From assembly GCF_001194135.2 (NCBI RefSeq), contig NC_068985.1, forward strand, positions 89,292,332-89,354,731: a stretch of DNA of 62,400 nt, in the 5' to 3' direction. Below, one piece after another: positions 1 through 13,088 of this stretch; positions within the stretch are counted from its first letter, which is position 1, and the number at the start of each line of letters is the position of its first letter. The notes under the pieces were generated by a model. It saw only the letters and a program-made list of their open reading frames with translations, had not been told where the DNA came from and searched no databases. Source of the stretch: Octopus bimaculoides (lineage: Eukaryota). The position numbers were made by a program, and so were the translations under genes.

Positions 1-52
1 CACAGAGCTGCGCTCGGTAGTGAAGTGAAAGCACGTTATAAAAATAAAACTA

Positions 53-57
<5 letters not shown>
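1..57 (+). mobile_element. Probable 3' end of a non-LTR retroelement (R4/Dong-like) abutting (TAA)n
   Basis: Unique sequence ending ...ATAAAAATAAAACTACTG runs directly into a long (AAT)n tract. R4/Dong elements are known to target TAA repeats. The family assignment is recalled similarity only; no coding sequence lies in the window. Confidence 0.4.
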
Positions 58-117
<60 letters not shown>

Positions 118-140
118 TAATAATAATAATAATAATAATA

Positions 141-183
<43 letters not shown>
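57..183. repeat. (AAT)n followed by inverted (ATT)n microsatellite
   Basis: Direct reading: AAT repeats to about 141, then ATT repeats to about 183. Confidence 0.95.
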
Positions 184-470
184 GCAATATTTGAATTAAG
201 TTGTAGTCTGTCGGCTATATGAAACCACAACTTATGAAAATTGGATGTTTGTAATGATGTTGATTATGACTATATAATGCTAACACTCAATAGCTTCATA
301 TTGCAATGTAAGCTATTCAATAATACTTCGTATCGATAATCCATCTCTAGTTTTACGCTAGACTGACGCGCTCTGCTTCATTGTTGATATATCTGATTAA
401 ATATAGATAAATTCTCTTTATTTGTTTTACTGGGTTCTTTGTCTCAGATTAATTTAGCAGAGAACAGCTG

Positions 471-572
471 ATGGTTTTTTGGACAAACAGGATTTATTGG
501 AGAAACGTTCTATATATTCTTGTTTTTTTAATTTCTTCAGTCTTGTTCAGAGAAATTGAAGTCTATTACATG
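471..572 (+). CDS. Candidate coding exon (471-572 with ATG, or 32-nt internal exon 541-572)
   Basis: Strong polypyrimidine acceptor TTCTTGTTTTTTTAATTTCTTCAG ending at 540 and donor ATG|GTATGT at 572/573. The open frame xLFREIEVYYM joins in phase 0 to 1250-1315. No homology recognised. Confidence 0.35.
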
Positions 573-1249
573 GTATGTAATGTAATTGCAGTGTATACAA
601 AAAACAAAACAATCAGACAAGTAATTCTTGATGAAATGGCATTTTCCTTAGCATCGTAAACCATGTATATTAATAGTATTCTATGCATATGAATTTTAAT
701 AAACTTTTCTTCTCCATTTTAATAAAAAGAATGTTTTAAGTATTAATATATCCGCTAATACGCAATTTTCCTTCCATTGTTTACTAATGTATTTGTATGT
801 GTGTGTGAGTGGAAATATGGGCATGTATCGTGCTGTCTGTCACAGGCATATGCAGAACATCTATGACTGTGCTTGCTAGATATATATATNNNNNNNNNNG
901 CACACACACATATATATATATATATAATTCGATTAGAAGATATGTTAGCCTCATGAAAGGATGTTGTCATTCAAGGAAATATTGGTTCAGTAGATACTAT
1001 TTTGGGTGGGATTTGATTTCCTTAGAATAATAGGTATGCATAAAATAATATCCATATTTTTTGCCTTTGAAGATATTATGCTCAGAAATATGAACTTAAT
1101 ATTTAATTAAATCACTGAATATAATTGAAACAGCTGTAAGAGATAATGTTCAATCTGTTGCAGATAATAAACTCTTATTAACTCCACAATCTCCATTTCC
1201 TTTTGACTTTTTAAATTTTTACTCGTTCCTTTTTATTTTCACACACAAG

Positions 1250-1315
1250 GAATACCTAAGACTAGAATTGGAAGCATACCATAAGAATACCACCGGCTAT
1301 TTGGGAATTCTAAGG
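1250..1315 (+). CDS. Candidate 66-nt phase 0-0 coding exon (EYLRLELEAYHKNTTGYLGILR)
   Basis: Acceptor TTTTTATTTTCACACACAAG| and donor AGG|GTGAAC. Only one of the three frames is open, and it is protein-like. No homology recognised. Confidence 0.35.
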
Positions 1316-1365
1316 GTGAACGAGCTCTATTTGCACACTTATACGTTCTTAACACAACACACCTC

Positions 1366-1405
<40 letters not shown>

Positions 1406-1848
1406 NNNNNNNNNNNNNNNNNNNNNNNNNNNNNNNNNNNNNNNNNNNNNNNNNNNNNNNNNNNNNNNNNNNNNNNNNNNNNNNNNNNNNNNNNNNNNNN
1501 NNNNNNNNNNNNNNNNNNNNNNNNNNNNNNNNNNNNNNNNNNNNNNNNNNNNNNNNNNNNNNNNNNNNNNNNNNNNNNNNNNNNNNNNNNNNNNNNNNNN
1601 NNNNNNNNNNNNNNNNNNNNNNNNNNNNNNNNNNNNNNNNNNNNNNNNNNNNNNNNNNNNNNNNNNNNNNNNNNNNNNNNNNNNNNNNNNNNNNNNNNNN
1701 NNNNNNNNNNNNNNNNNNNNNNNNNNNNNNNNNNNNNNNNNNNNNNNNNNNNNNNNNNNNNNNNNNNNNNNNNNNNNNNNNNNNNNNNNNNNNNNNNNNN
1801 NNNNNNNNNNNNNNNNNNNNNNNNNNNNNNNNNNNNNNNNNNNNNNNN

Positions 1849-1883
<35 letters not shown>

Positions 1884-2848
1884 CAGTTGAAACTTGAAAG
1901 TAATAAATATGTTTAAATGAACTTATATAGAAATTATTTAGTATACATTGACTCTTCTGATAAAATTTTTTCCAAATCTACTGTTTACCATTCACCAGGA
2001 GTGTTATTGATATCACACATTTTGTTGCGTCCTAATATGTCTACACCTCCATCAAATTATTTTGCTGATTAATTTTGCAAACTTTCCTTCGAGAATAATA
2101 ACATTAATGTCACGTGAGATGAATTGTTAGTTGAAGCTTTTTGAATGATGCAGAGATTTGTTACATTATTTTAAATGAAAACCAATGATGAATTCATTCA
2201 GTTTAGGAAAATCTATAATTGTAAAATATATTGTATGGTTTCTTCTCAGTGCTATATTCTTTAGAATGAGAGGATGATAATGTTTCAATTTCAGAATTAG
2301 TATGAAAAAGAAAACTATGGTAGATATCTTTTATATATTCGTTTTTTATGCTATAAATCTATCTCTGCTTACATCCATAGACGATAACACAAGGGAATAT
2401 TCAATGATCTCGTAAAATGGTTTTGGGAAACTGATCAGTGGCCATCCATGAGATGATTCTCAACGCGACAAGGTTCGCTTACTTGAAGTGTATCCGAGGA
2501 GGGTGCCAAGAAATATTAGAGAAGTGCATAAGCGCAATTTTGTGGAGGTTTGTGAAAGCGTACTCAACAGCTACACCCGTGAAGGTGAAACCGTTTTGCA
2601 GAGATTAGTCTCAGGAGATATGACGGCAGTTCAGCACTTTGAACTAGAATGCAAAAGGTGGACTAAGGAATGGAAAAACTCGGAATCGACAGCGAAACTT
2701 AAATTAAAGTCTCAAGCTTTCGCACAAAAAAGTAATGCTGACTATTTTCGGGGGCACTGATTGACCTGTATTGGAAAATTACTTGGAAAGAGCGTGTAGC
2801 GTCACCAGTGTAGTCTACAGAGAAATATTTGCCAACAAACTGATACCA

Positions 2849-3011
2849 CAGTTCTATATTTAAAAGATGAGGAATTATGTACATTGTTGACATTATTTAC
2901 ATTTGACGGATATTTGTCCTCATCTTGTTTGATGTTAACATAACGTTTAGGCTGATATACCCTCCAGCCTTCATCAGGTGTCTTGGGGAAATGTCATTAT
3001 TATTATTATTA

Positions 3012-3065
<54 letters not shown>

Positions 3066-3235
3066 GATTATTATTATTATTATTACTATTATTATTATAT
3101 GAGAACCCGGGTTAGAAATTTCCCCAAGACACCTGATGAAGGCTGGAGGTTACATCAGCCAAAACGTTGTGTTAACAACAAAAAAGATGAGAACAAATAT
3201 CTGACAAATGTAAATAATGTAAATAATAAACTGTA
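2849..3235. mobile_element. Hammerhead-bearing repeat family, copy 1 (head-to-head inverted pair around (TAT)n)
   Basis: The left arm 2849-~2992 is the reverse complement of the right arm ~3099-3235. ACCA flanks both ends (2845-2848 and 3236-3239). Homologous to 18631-19211, 23339-23456 and 45525-45998. Confidence 0.85.
3128..3173 (+). ncRNA. Degenerate minimal type I hammerhead ribozyme motif (G12 substituted)
   Basis: GACAC CTGATGA A GGCTG gaggttacat CAGCC AAAAC GTT GTGTT: stems I and II pair, but the core GAAA reads AAAA. Confidence 0.6.
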
Positions 3236-5327
3236 ACCAGTAATTTCACACAAACGACGAAATATTTTGCCAAAGCAAATGTTATTTTTGCACCAAATTG
3301 CCGACCTGCTTGCAGCCGCACATCCCGAAGGCTGCTTTGAGAAACTGGGATTAGAATTACAAGAATATCCTGCATACAAACCATATCTCATTCCACTATT
3401 AATGTCTTCGATCTCTCAAATATGAATGATGAGGTCGTCAATTTGCTGCCGACGAGGAAGTGCAGGAAGTGGTGCATGAATAGTTGTGACACCAACTGTA
3501 CAACTTCTCATTTGGAACATGCAAATTTTTAAACTGCTGCAAGAATTGCATCAAAAAGCAAGTCTATGTAAAAATAGATGATGGAATAGTTCAACTCCTG
3601 CTTTGTTCTAATGAATTACCGAAAAGACGAGATGTGTGCGTGTGTGTCTGTGTATGTGTGTGTGTGTCTGTGTATGTGTGTGTGTGTAATAATGCCTACA
3701 AGAAATGCATTCTGAATTAAAGCGTGAGGATTTCAACTAATTTCGTAGACGTACATTTCAATATTCAAAGAACTGATCTGAGGTGTGTGTTGAGAAAAAA
3801 AAATGCCACGTGCATTCTGTGCGATTCTGGCCAATTGAATAATGGCTGAGAAGACAGTTAAATACATTTTAGTTTATTTCAGAGGATCTTTGTCACTGAC
3901 TAAATTGGAGTCATGCTAAGAAATATCTTCACAACTCCTACAAATTTAAAAATTTGATTGAATGTCAATAACGGTTCTTCCAGGATGTAACACAGATATT
4001 TTGCTGCTTACAGAAATGTTAACAATGACGACTTATTTCATCGGTCAAATTAAACGAGAAATATTTCCGATGGCTTCAATTCTAATTCTTCAAAGTAACT
4101 TATGATTCGTTTTGCTAATAAATTTGTTTCTTTCGTTATTCAACTAAAATTTTCCTCTACGGAAATGCCAATGACAGAATGTTTCTCAACTTTCATAAAT
4201 CAGACATTTTGTTCAATATCTGTGTAAAAGAATGTTTACCTTATATAAATGTGTTGCACTTCTTTCACAATGGCTGGGTGATATTTGATAGTGGTACTGT
4301 CACTATTGGCACAAGTGTCACATGTCCATATTTCTCTGATAAGTTATTGAGCTCTCTTGCCTCTATGCTAAGCTCTCTGGCAAACTAAATGCGCGATCCA
4401 TGTTGTAACTGTCATTTCCTATCGTTAATGCACTACCAACGTCCTGAACATCATAAATTATATTCCTGCATTCAAGGAAGTCAGTAACTTCTGCAATTTA
4501 TTCAGTGTCGGTTATCCCTATTAATGAAATGTTAGCAATTGAATGTATTTATCGTAATTCTGCGTGAGATACAAATATATTTATCCTTTCATTTTCCTAT
4601 CGTGGTTGCTATATTGATTTACTCAACAGAAATAAATCAAGGGTCCGTTAAACTAAGTCGTCAACTTCCGAAGTAAAATGTGTTTCTCGAGGCAATCATA
4701 TATGTGTGATCAAATGGCTTAACAACAACAGATCGACAAACTCATGGGGGGGGGGCTTCTAAGGGGTGACTAGACCTGCATGAAATAACAGGAACATGAT
4801 TTTCGAATCGCTCTCTTTGATTTTATACTGTGCTGATAAAATTCCTTTGGTGTGTCTCTATGGTAAGAAGCTTAATTCCAACCACCCGGCACCAGGTTCA
4901 GTGTAACTGCGTGAAACTTGGAAAAGTGTCGTCTATTATAGCGTCAGAACTTCCGGAACTTTTCATAGTTGGATCTAGTTGTCAGAAACTGAAAAAACCC
5001 GCAGTAAACACATATACACTTACATATGTATATGTGTGTGTATGTGCATGTGTGTGTGTATACTAGATTAAAAGCCGCCCTATCAAGAGACTTTTGAGCT
5101 TGCTCCGGTGGAGGACACTGAATTGGGCCTTCAGTCCATTGATTACACTTCATGCATTAAGTACATATTAAATTTTATTAAACTTGACCAACATTTTTCA
5201 ACCAATGAACAATTCTCTTCAAAACAATAATATAATATGTCAACTTGGAACTTATTTCAATGCTTCATGATACACAAGACATTTTGTGTTCTCATTCGGG
5301 GGTCAGTACAATTGTTACTGCCTAACC

Positions 5328-5329
<2 letters not shown>

Positions 5330-5371
<42 letters not shown>

Positions 5372-5375
5372 TTTT

Positions 5376-5442
<67 letters not shown>

Positions 5443-5480
5443 ATCTGTCTCTCTCTGTCTCTCTCTGTCTCTCTCTCTTT
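5330..5480. repeat. (TTTC)n / (TC)n microsatellite
   Basis: Direct reading. Confidence 0.95.
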
Positions 5481-5889
5481 CTGTTGATTATTTCAATCAT
5501 CACCATCACCAGTACCACAACCATTGCCATCGCCACTGCCATACACACACTATTCAGATTTCTGAAGCCACGACCATCAACACCTTTGACCTCGCCGCCT
5601 TCCCCTAGAGCGCCATTACCACTGTCATTCATTATATACTATCACCGTCATGCTTGACCGCCTCAGCTACCACCACCACCACCATCACCAACATCATCAT
5701 TGTAACCTCTGCCTATATCACAACTACATCTCATACTATTACTATCACCTTATTACCGTCTCAACTGTCAATTTACTACCGCCCTCATCGTCTCTATGCC
5801 TACAATTACTCTCACCGCAGTAAGAGTAAGAGGGAATAGTGAGAGGGGGGGGATGTGAGGCAGGTTGACACACAGAAATTCGTTTTGAC

Positions 5890-5909
5890 ATTCATCATCA
5901 TCATCGTCG

Positions 5910-5967
<58 letters not shown>

Positions 5968-5968
5968 T
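5890..5968. repeat. (CAT)n microsatellite
   Basis: Direct reading; source of the poly-D/M/I ORFs. Confidence 0.95.
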
Positions 5969-6005
5969 ATCATAATCGTTATTGTTGTTGTAGTTATTAT
6001 ATACA

Positions 6006-6792
6006 CAGCGTGTTTCCAAAAAATTGATGTCATTTGAGACGTAAATATCACAGAAACTACATAGTGAAACCAAATGAAACTAAACATGCTTAATGTTGAG
6101 CGACATAAGACTGTTTTCTCCAACTTTTCATGAGAAATTCATAGGTATGTGGATTCCATGAACGATTTCACAAATGTTCAATATGCGTACCACTTGAAAC
6201 ATGGCACACTTCAAGTCGGTAGTCCAGCTCCTCCCAAACACGCTGCAGCATGTCTTGGGTAACAGTGTCCAGCGCAGGAGTGATTCTCTTCTCGAGTTCC
6301 TCTAGCATTGCAGGAAGAGTGGGGATAAAGACCAGGCCCTTTACATAGCTCCATGTTTGCGCTTCCGATTATTAATTACTGTTATACCCTGAACGAACTG
6401 CTGCTTGTAAGGTTTCATTAGTAAGCGTTTCCTCAGGACGTGCCAAACTGTCGTTGGAGGAACCTGAGTTTCCAGACTTATTCTTCTTATGGACTTCTTG
6501 GGGCTTCAAAAGAGTTTTTTGTCGAACCCGCTCCACAGTCTCTTTCGATATTAGTGGTCGGCCAAATTCTTTTGACCTGTACAGAGAGCCTTCATCATCG
6601 AATTTTTGTGCCATGTCCAAATCTGCATTACCATTCATGACTTTTTAGAGAATCCTTTCACAAATGTATGCTGCACAGTCTTGTTTGACTATGGTCGAGC
6701 ATACTCCAACACACACAACACCTTTTCTCTTCCAGTGAATGCAGTTTCTATATATGAAATTATAAACATATCAAATTTTTTGAAATGCCCTG
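6006..6792 (-). mobile_element. Internally deleted Tc1/mariner-superfamily (maT/DD37D-like) element with imperfect TIRs
   Basis: Ends CAGCGTGTTTCCAAAAAATTGA (6006) and TCAAATTTTTTGAAATGCCCTG|TA (6792). Minus-strand pieces: IWTWHK/KFDDEGSL..GRPLISKETVERVRQ, SPKKSIRR..TTVWHVLRKRLLMKPYK, and C-terminal WSYVKGLVF..VTQDMLQRVWEELDYRLEVCHVSSGTHIEHL*. The catalytic core is missing. Confidence 0.85.
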
Positions 6793-8139
6793 TATATATG
6801 TGTGTGTTTGTGCGCGCGTGTACACGCGTGAGCGGTTGCATGTGTGCGTGTGTGTGTGTTTATACATTTGTANNNNNNNNNNNNNNNNNNNNNNNNNNNN
6901 NNNNNNNNNNNNNNNNNNNNNNNNNNNNNNNNNNNNNNNNNNNNNNNNNNNNNNNNNNNNNNNNNNNNNNNNNNNNNNNNNNNNNNNNNNNNNNNNNNNN
7001 NNNNNNNNNNNNNNNNNNNNNNNNNNNNNNNNNNNNNNNNNNNNNNNNNNNNNNNNNNNNNNNNNNNNNNNNNNNNNNNNNNNNNNNNNNNNNNNNNNNN
7101 NNNNNNNNNNNNNNNNNNNNTATATATATATATATTTTTATATATATGCATTCGTGCATACATATGGGTGCTATTTGTTGTCTACGTTTGTTCAACCACC
7201 ACCACCGCCACCACCTCTCGAAGAGTTCATGTCCATTTAATATAGAGCTTCGGCAACGAAAACGCATCGAGAAATTATTGAAGGAAAGAAAAATACTAAC
7301 CCTAACCCTAACCCTAAGTTCACCATTCTTTGCTTGCTAATAGAAACAACTATTGGTATGATTGTGCCGAAAATTTGTATGTAAACACGGTTCATCCAAT
7401 ATGTAAAACGGTGGTAGAGCCGTCTCGGCGAATTCATTGTGACAATAATTTAAACATAATAACGTGTTGGGAAAAAGAAAGAGAGTAGGAATAAGAGAGA
7501 TACGTATCGAAAGAGACAAGGCGGGACGTCGACATTGTAAGAGAGAGAGAAAGAGGAGGAATAGAGAAGGAGAGAGAGAGAGAGAGAGAGACAGAGAGAG
7601 AGAGACAGATATTAAGTGGTGGTGCTATTAACCTACAATATTTTCTTAGTATTACAATTTTTTAAAATGTGGTTTTTGTGGGTTGAATGAGATTGAAACA
7701 TAAAGGAGAATGAAGTGTGTGGGAGACATTAAAGAATCAGAGCAAAGGAAGTGTTCAATAAATACACACTTGCCCATTACGATTTATTCCTTGCACAAAC
7801 TATGAGAATGTATAAAAATTATACACGTACATTACGAAAGACGTTATATATAAAAAATTAGAATGCAGAGAAAGACATTCACTAAAAGAACAGAACCTCA
7901 GGACTTGGTTTAAAGAATTTCTTTGTGAGGGAAATGCTTATATTGCATTGAATATTAATAGGTAACAATTAGTTTTCCGAGATACATTGAATGATTATGC
8001 AAAATATAACAAATTTGCTATGACTGTTTTTCAGGAAGAAAGACAAGTCTAGACTATCAACTTCCGATACTTAGAGAAATCTATTGTTTATGAGATAATA
8101 CATACATATAAATATACATCGAAGTATATATATATATAT

Positions 8140-8182
<43 letters not shown>

Positions 8183-10249
8183 NNNNNNNNNNNNNNNNNN
8201 NNNNNNNNNNNNNNNNNNNNNNNNNNNNNNNNNNNNNNNNNNNNNNNNNNNNNNNNNNNNNNNNNTATATATATGGTTCTTCCTTATATACAATCTTTGG
8301 TTTCCTTTTACAGGAACAATGGGATACTACAGGTTTTACTCAACCAATAAATGAACACAGATGAATTTTGATTTCTGTTTAGTTAGACAGGTAGAAAACT
8401 ATCGGGTGCTTTTGTAATTCCAAGCGAATTATTTCAATCACGACCAGATATATCTATCGTAACTAAGGTCAGATTTTCAGATCTGAAGAATATCATTTTA
8501 GCGTTTTCCCAAAGTGTTGAGTCACGATGTATACAAGCGTGGATCACAAAGTTTCTTACACGAAAGCTAGACGTTTCTTAAACTAATATGGCTCTGACGA
8601 AATACATCAGATGCAAGCAGATGCGAGAAATCAGCCTTGCTTACGTGTGTTGGGACACTGAACATTTAGGAGAATAGAATTGATATCGTAGAGAATGAAA
8701 AACCATCAGCGATAATGACGCGTCATTAAGAATTTGTGAAAGGTTTATCTTTTGGATGCAACACAAGAATTTTATATGGTTAACTCCTTCCTTTGAGACC
8801 GCAAACACCAAACGTGGAAGTTATTATCAGTCGTTCTGGTAGTACACTTTTAAGTGCTCAAAACTAAAACTTTTTTTTATTAGAAGCTTATTTCAGGTGT
8901 TTAATTAAAGTTTATGTGGCGGTAAGAACAAATAAGAACAAAAATATCTCTAAGATAATGTATCGATAGTGTATTTGTGACTTTGTACCATAGAGGCTTT
9001 CTATTTTCCATTATAACTGCATTTTTGAATTTATGTTTGGTAGTATGGAAACAACATTGAGAAGTTATACAACGGAATGTTGTGTTAGATGTTGTAAAGA
9101 TGAAAGTGAAATAATTATTAATATATGGTAAATGTTTTATGTGAAGGAGGAAATTCTTTGGGAATTTAGGTATACTTAGCGGTTATACTAAAGAAAATTT
9201 AGTGTAGGCAAAATATTCACATTACGACAGAGCAAGAAAACCACGGTATTTAAAGCAGATGACAGATATATTGAAATAACTTATCTAAGAATGTTGTATA
9301 TTGTCAAAAGAATTAGCAGTGCTATTTAAATATTGCAACAGCATTATATTGGTTCAAGATCTCAAGTGCCAGAAACAACTGGTGATGGATATACGAGAGA
9401 AGCCCGTCAGTAGATTTCACTTACCTGAGATCTTATTGTCATTTTACAATTAAAAACAGCATATAAATTTCAGTTACATAACGATAAGTTATCACAGTAG
9501 ATAATATATCGATATTTGGTAGTAGACTTTTCTGAGGATATTTCGCAATGAATATTGCTCCTAAATATTTCTAAAGACTCTTTAGGTGAGAAATTGCATT
9601 TTAATTTTATTCTCTTTTACATATGTATTTAGGTTTAGGTACCAGAGAGAAATGTCTTATAAAGAATAAACATTCTGTAAGAGACAAATAAATTCTTCCA
9701 GTGAAATATGTTTTGCTATATTGAGATATAATTGTTATATTTGAGTCAGACTAATAATTGTATCTAAATAATGCTTTAAAATAAATGTAAAACCGACAGA
9801 AAAAAACTCAGCCCTCATCGATGCTACAGAAAATGCTGTTTAACTGCGAAACATGAAAGATGAAAAGAGTAACAATTAACGAGTGGCTGATAAGATCCGA
9901 TTTATGGGTGAAACGTTGAATATGTCTGAAATATTAAAGAACATAATTTCATTTTTTAATATTCTCCTGACGACGTCGTTATATGCAACCGTTCAAAGGC
10001 AAAACATTTGCCTCAGTTACATTAGGGTCCATTTATTCGACTGCAAAAACTTCCAGAAAACTGAATCTCGAGCTGGAAATATAAAAAAAAAAATCTTTGC
10101 TGTTTAAACAGAAACGTGAAACTATTCATTTTGCACAGGTAAAGAAAGTAGCTCGTTGTAATTAAGATACGTATTTGATTTAATAAAAAAAATTCTGCTC
10201 CATACCAGCGGATTTAGAGGATACTTATGAATTTGTGTCACTTCGTATT

Positions 10250-10513
10250 TTCTTTTATTCATTTATTCGTTTCAATCATTTGACTAAGGCCGTGCTGGAG
10301 CACCACCGTTAGTCGAGCAAATCGACCCCAGTATTTATATATATATATATGACGGGATTCTTTCAGTTTCCGTCTACCAAATCCACTCAAAAGCCTTTGG
10401 TCGGCCCGAGGCTATAGTAGAAGACACTTGCCCACGGTACCACGCAGTGTGACTGAACCCGGAACCATTTGGTTAGTAAGCAAGCTACTCACCACACAGC
10501 TACTCCTGCACCT
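10250..10513 (-). mobile_element. tRNA-headed CORE-like SINE, internally deleted
   Basis: Minus strand reads GGTGCAGGAGTAGCTGTGTGG...GGTTCAGTCACACTGCGTGGTACCGTGGGCAAGTGTCTTCTACTATAGCC (A/B boxes then a CORE-like segment). The tail is shared with 33095-33353, 53300-53711 and 60026-60408. An octopus CORE-SINE (OR2) is known; the exact family name is unverified. Confidence 0.8.
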
Positions 10514-11955
10514 ATATTTATTTATTTGTTAGTTTTATTTTCTTTTTTGCGTTTTCAAATGGAATTCCTCGATACCCTGCACTTAAATATACAACTCGAT
10601 TGCAGCGACGCGAATATCTTTCCTATTCATGGGGCTGAAATTAGTCGGAGAAACTCAACTCAGAACGCAAAGAGCCAATGCAGAGTTACTTACCTTCTGA
10701 GGGTCTAACTGTTGAATATCTCATCTCTGATACTCCAATGATTAAACACATTCAAATATTTCGATGAGCATTTTATATACTGACTCCGCCAAAACTAAGA
10801 CTGAAAGTTTAACTCACTGGAATTTGAAAGTAGTTCTTAGGTATCAAGAATAAATAACGGAGAATAATTTCTTTTCTTTTTTATTTGCCTTTCTGTTCTT
10901 AAGACTTCATCAATTTCCCACCTCTGATAAATCACGACTTACCTACTGTTCTTTTATCTTGTGGTGTTCAATAATTCTGACAGGAAATACAAGTTCCTTC
11001 GACATACCACAACATATTCTTTCCATTTACACTATACATTCGTTTCACAGTAGTTTTGATTCTAGGCGAGACTGGCGGAGATCGTGTCCAAAGCAGATGC
11101 CAACGCCTTCGCTAAGGACACACGATCAAACATAACCTCAGCCCAGAGACTGGTCTTTTAAACATTCAGTAAGAGATATCACACGAAGATTTCCGGTGAG
11201 ACATGTCGATTGAGACTCCATGCTGCAACACTAAACGCAATAAAATTCTTACACTTCTAAGGAAAATTTTCATTATTTAAATCAAAGATTTCATTTGCTT
11301 TTAGTCGCATTTGAAACTTCACTAAGTTTAAACCTAATTTATAACGAAGTAAATGTTGAGAAATACATTTCCCTGTCTTACGAATCAGTGGAATACCTAT
11401 TTTCCTTTGCTCAATGTGAAGGTTAGATTTTCTATTACAGTACACTTGCTATTGTCATGTGTCTAAAGAAGACATAGTCTGAAATACAAACACGATTAAA
11501 TTAGTTATTTAAATATTTCATCAAAGATACTTTTTAATTATTAATCATAAAATAAATAATTATTAATTAACTGATTATGAAAAGTGTTTATAATAAAACA
11601 ATAAAATTAAATCGAAAATATATGCATCAAAATCAAACGAAACCATACTATTAAATGGTTCAATTAATATGCTAATATACATATTTACAGATCAGGACAA
11701 TGTGAGTCATAACATTGGTATTTTGGTTAATAATTATTTTATGTTCGTTGGCAACAACGACACATGTGATCGCTTTAGAGCGAGAGTTAAATACATACAA
11801 GTCCAACAAACGAAAGCAAGTACAAGGCAACGTGCGAATAATTGTTGTTGCAAACATTAATGTTTGCGTTATTCCCCCACCATAGTTTGACACCGATGTT
11901 GGTGTGTTTACGTCAACATAACTTTGCGATCAAATACATGCAACAAGTAAACGCT

Positions 11956-11995
<40 letters not shown>

Positions 11996-12083
11996 NNNNN
12001 NNNNNNNNNNNNNNNNNNNNNNNNNNNNNNNNNNNNNNNNNNNNNNNNNNNNNNNNNNNNNNNNNNNNNNNNTGTGTGTGTGT

Positions 12084-12126
<43 letters not shown>

Positions 12127-13026
12127 CGAAACGTAAAATACTTTCTCACCTTCCCGAGCGCTAAACTAATACATTTGTTTGATGATTACACACACGACTT
12201 CGTCTTTTGCTTGCTTTATTTTTGTAAATTCCAACTATATATATATATATAAATATATAAATATATATATACATACTCTTGTCATGATTTTCATCCTCAT
12301 ATTCTTTTGTGAATTAGTAAATGTGTGTGTGCTTGTGTTTGTATCATGCAAGACCCAGTAAACCCGAGGATTGAAGCATTTCATTTCGGCATATTCTCTC
12401 CAGAAATCTTGTATTTTAATATTAGAGAGAAGCAGATTATGTCAATGAATATTTTGTCCAACACTGTAGGAATTTAACAGATATAAACAATTTATTATTC
12501 AACTCCATGTTCAACGTGTGGGTCATATAAAATAGCGTCAGAATGTGAAAGGAAATTAAGTTTCCATGGCTTCTCTACCTAGATACCAGGATGAGGATCC
12601 TCAACGGATTCCAATTATTTTTCATGGATGTACGACTTGAATGATATTCTAGTATTTTCTATTAACCTCCTCATTTTCCCATTTCCTGTCATATAACAGG
12701 CTTCAATCTGTTTGTGTTTTACAATATAATGATGTTATATTGAATATGATGACACTTCTCACTGACTGTGGTTTCTTCATACAACACCATAAATATTTTC
12801 GCTCTGAGGTATAACTGCAGAGTGAAAGCGAAATAGTTACATCTATATAGGTAGTTACCGGAAAATGAAGAATGTTATAAAATATATATTACATAACAGT
12901 CAACATTTGATACAACTCCATGCGAAATTGAAATGTTTCTATCAATGCATATACACTCGACACAAACACACACACACACACAAATGCTCGCGACACAGAC
13001 ATAAACAATGATACACATATATATGC

Positions 13027-13088
<62 letters not shown>

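Larger units (their letters stand above)
2488..3580 (+). mobile_element. Decayed mariner (DD34D-type) transposase, interrupted by the insertion at 2849-3235
   Basis: Translations match mariner motifs: YPRRVPRN (WVPR), LVSGDMTAVQHFE (IVTGDETW), KLIP|VISHKRRNILPKQMLFLH, LQEYPAYKPYL (HPPYSPDL) and GRQFAADEEVQEVVHE. Stops and frameshifts are present. Confidence 0.85.

Noticed and set aside
3780-4960. Faint minus-strand mariner-like peptides
   Set aside because: Too degenerate to place motifs or boundaries reliably.
7297-7317. (TAACCC)3 telomere-like repeat
   Set aside because: Only three and a half units; too short to support an interstitial telomere or a telomere-targeted insertion.
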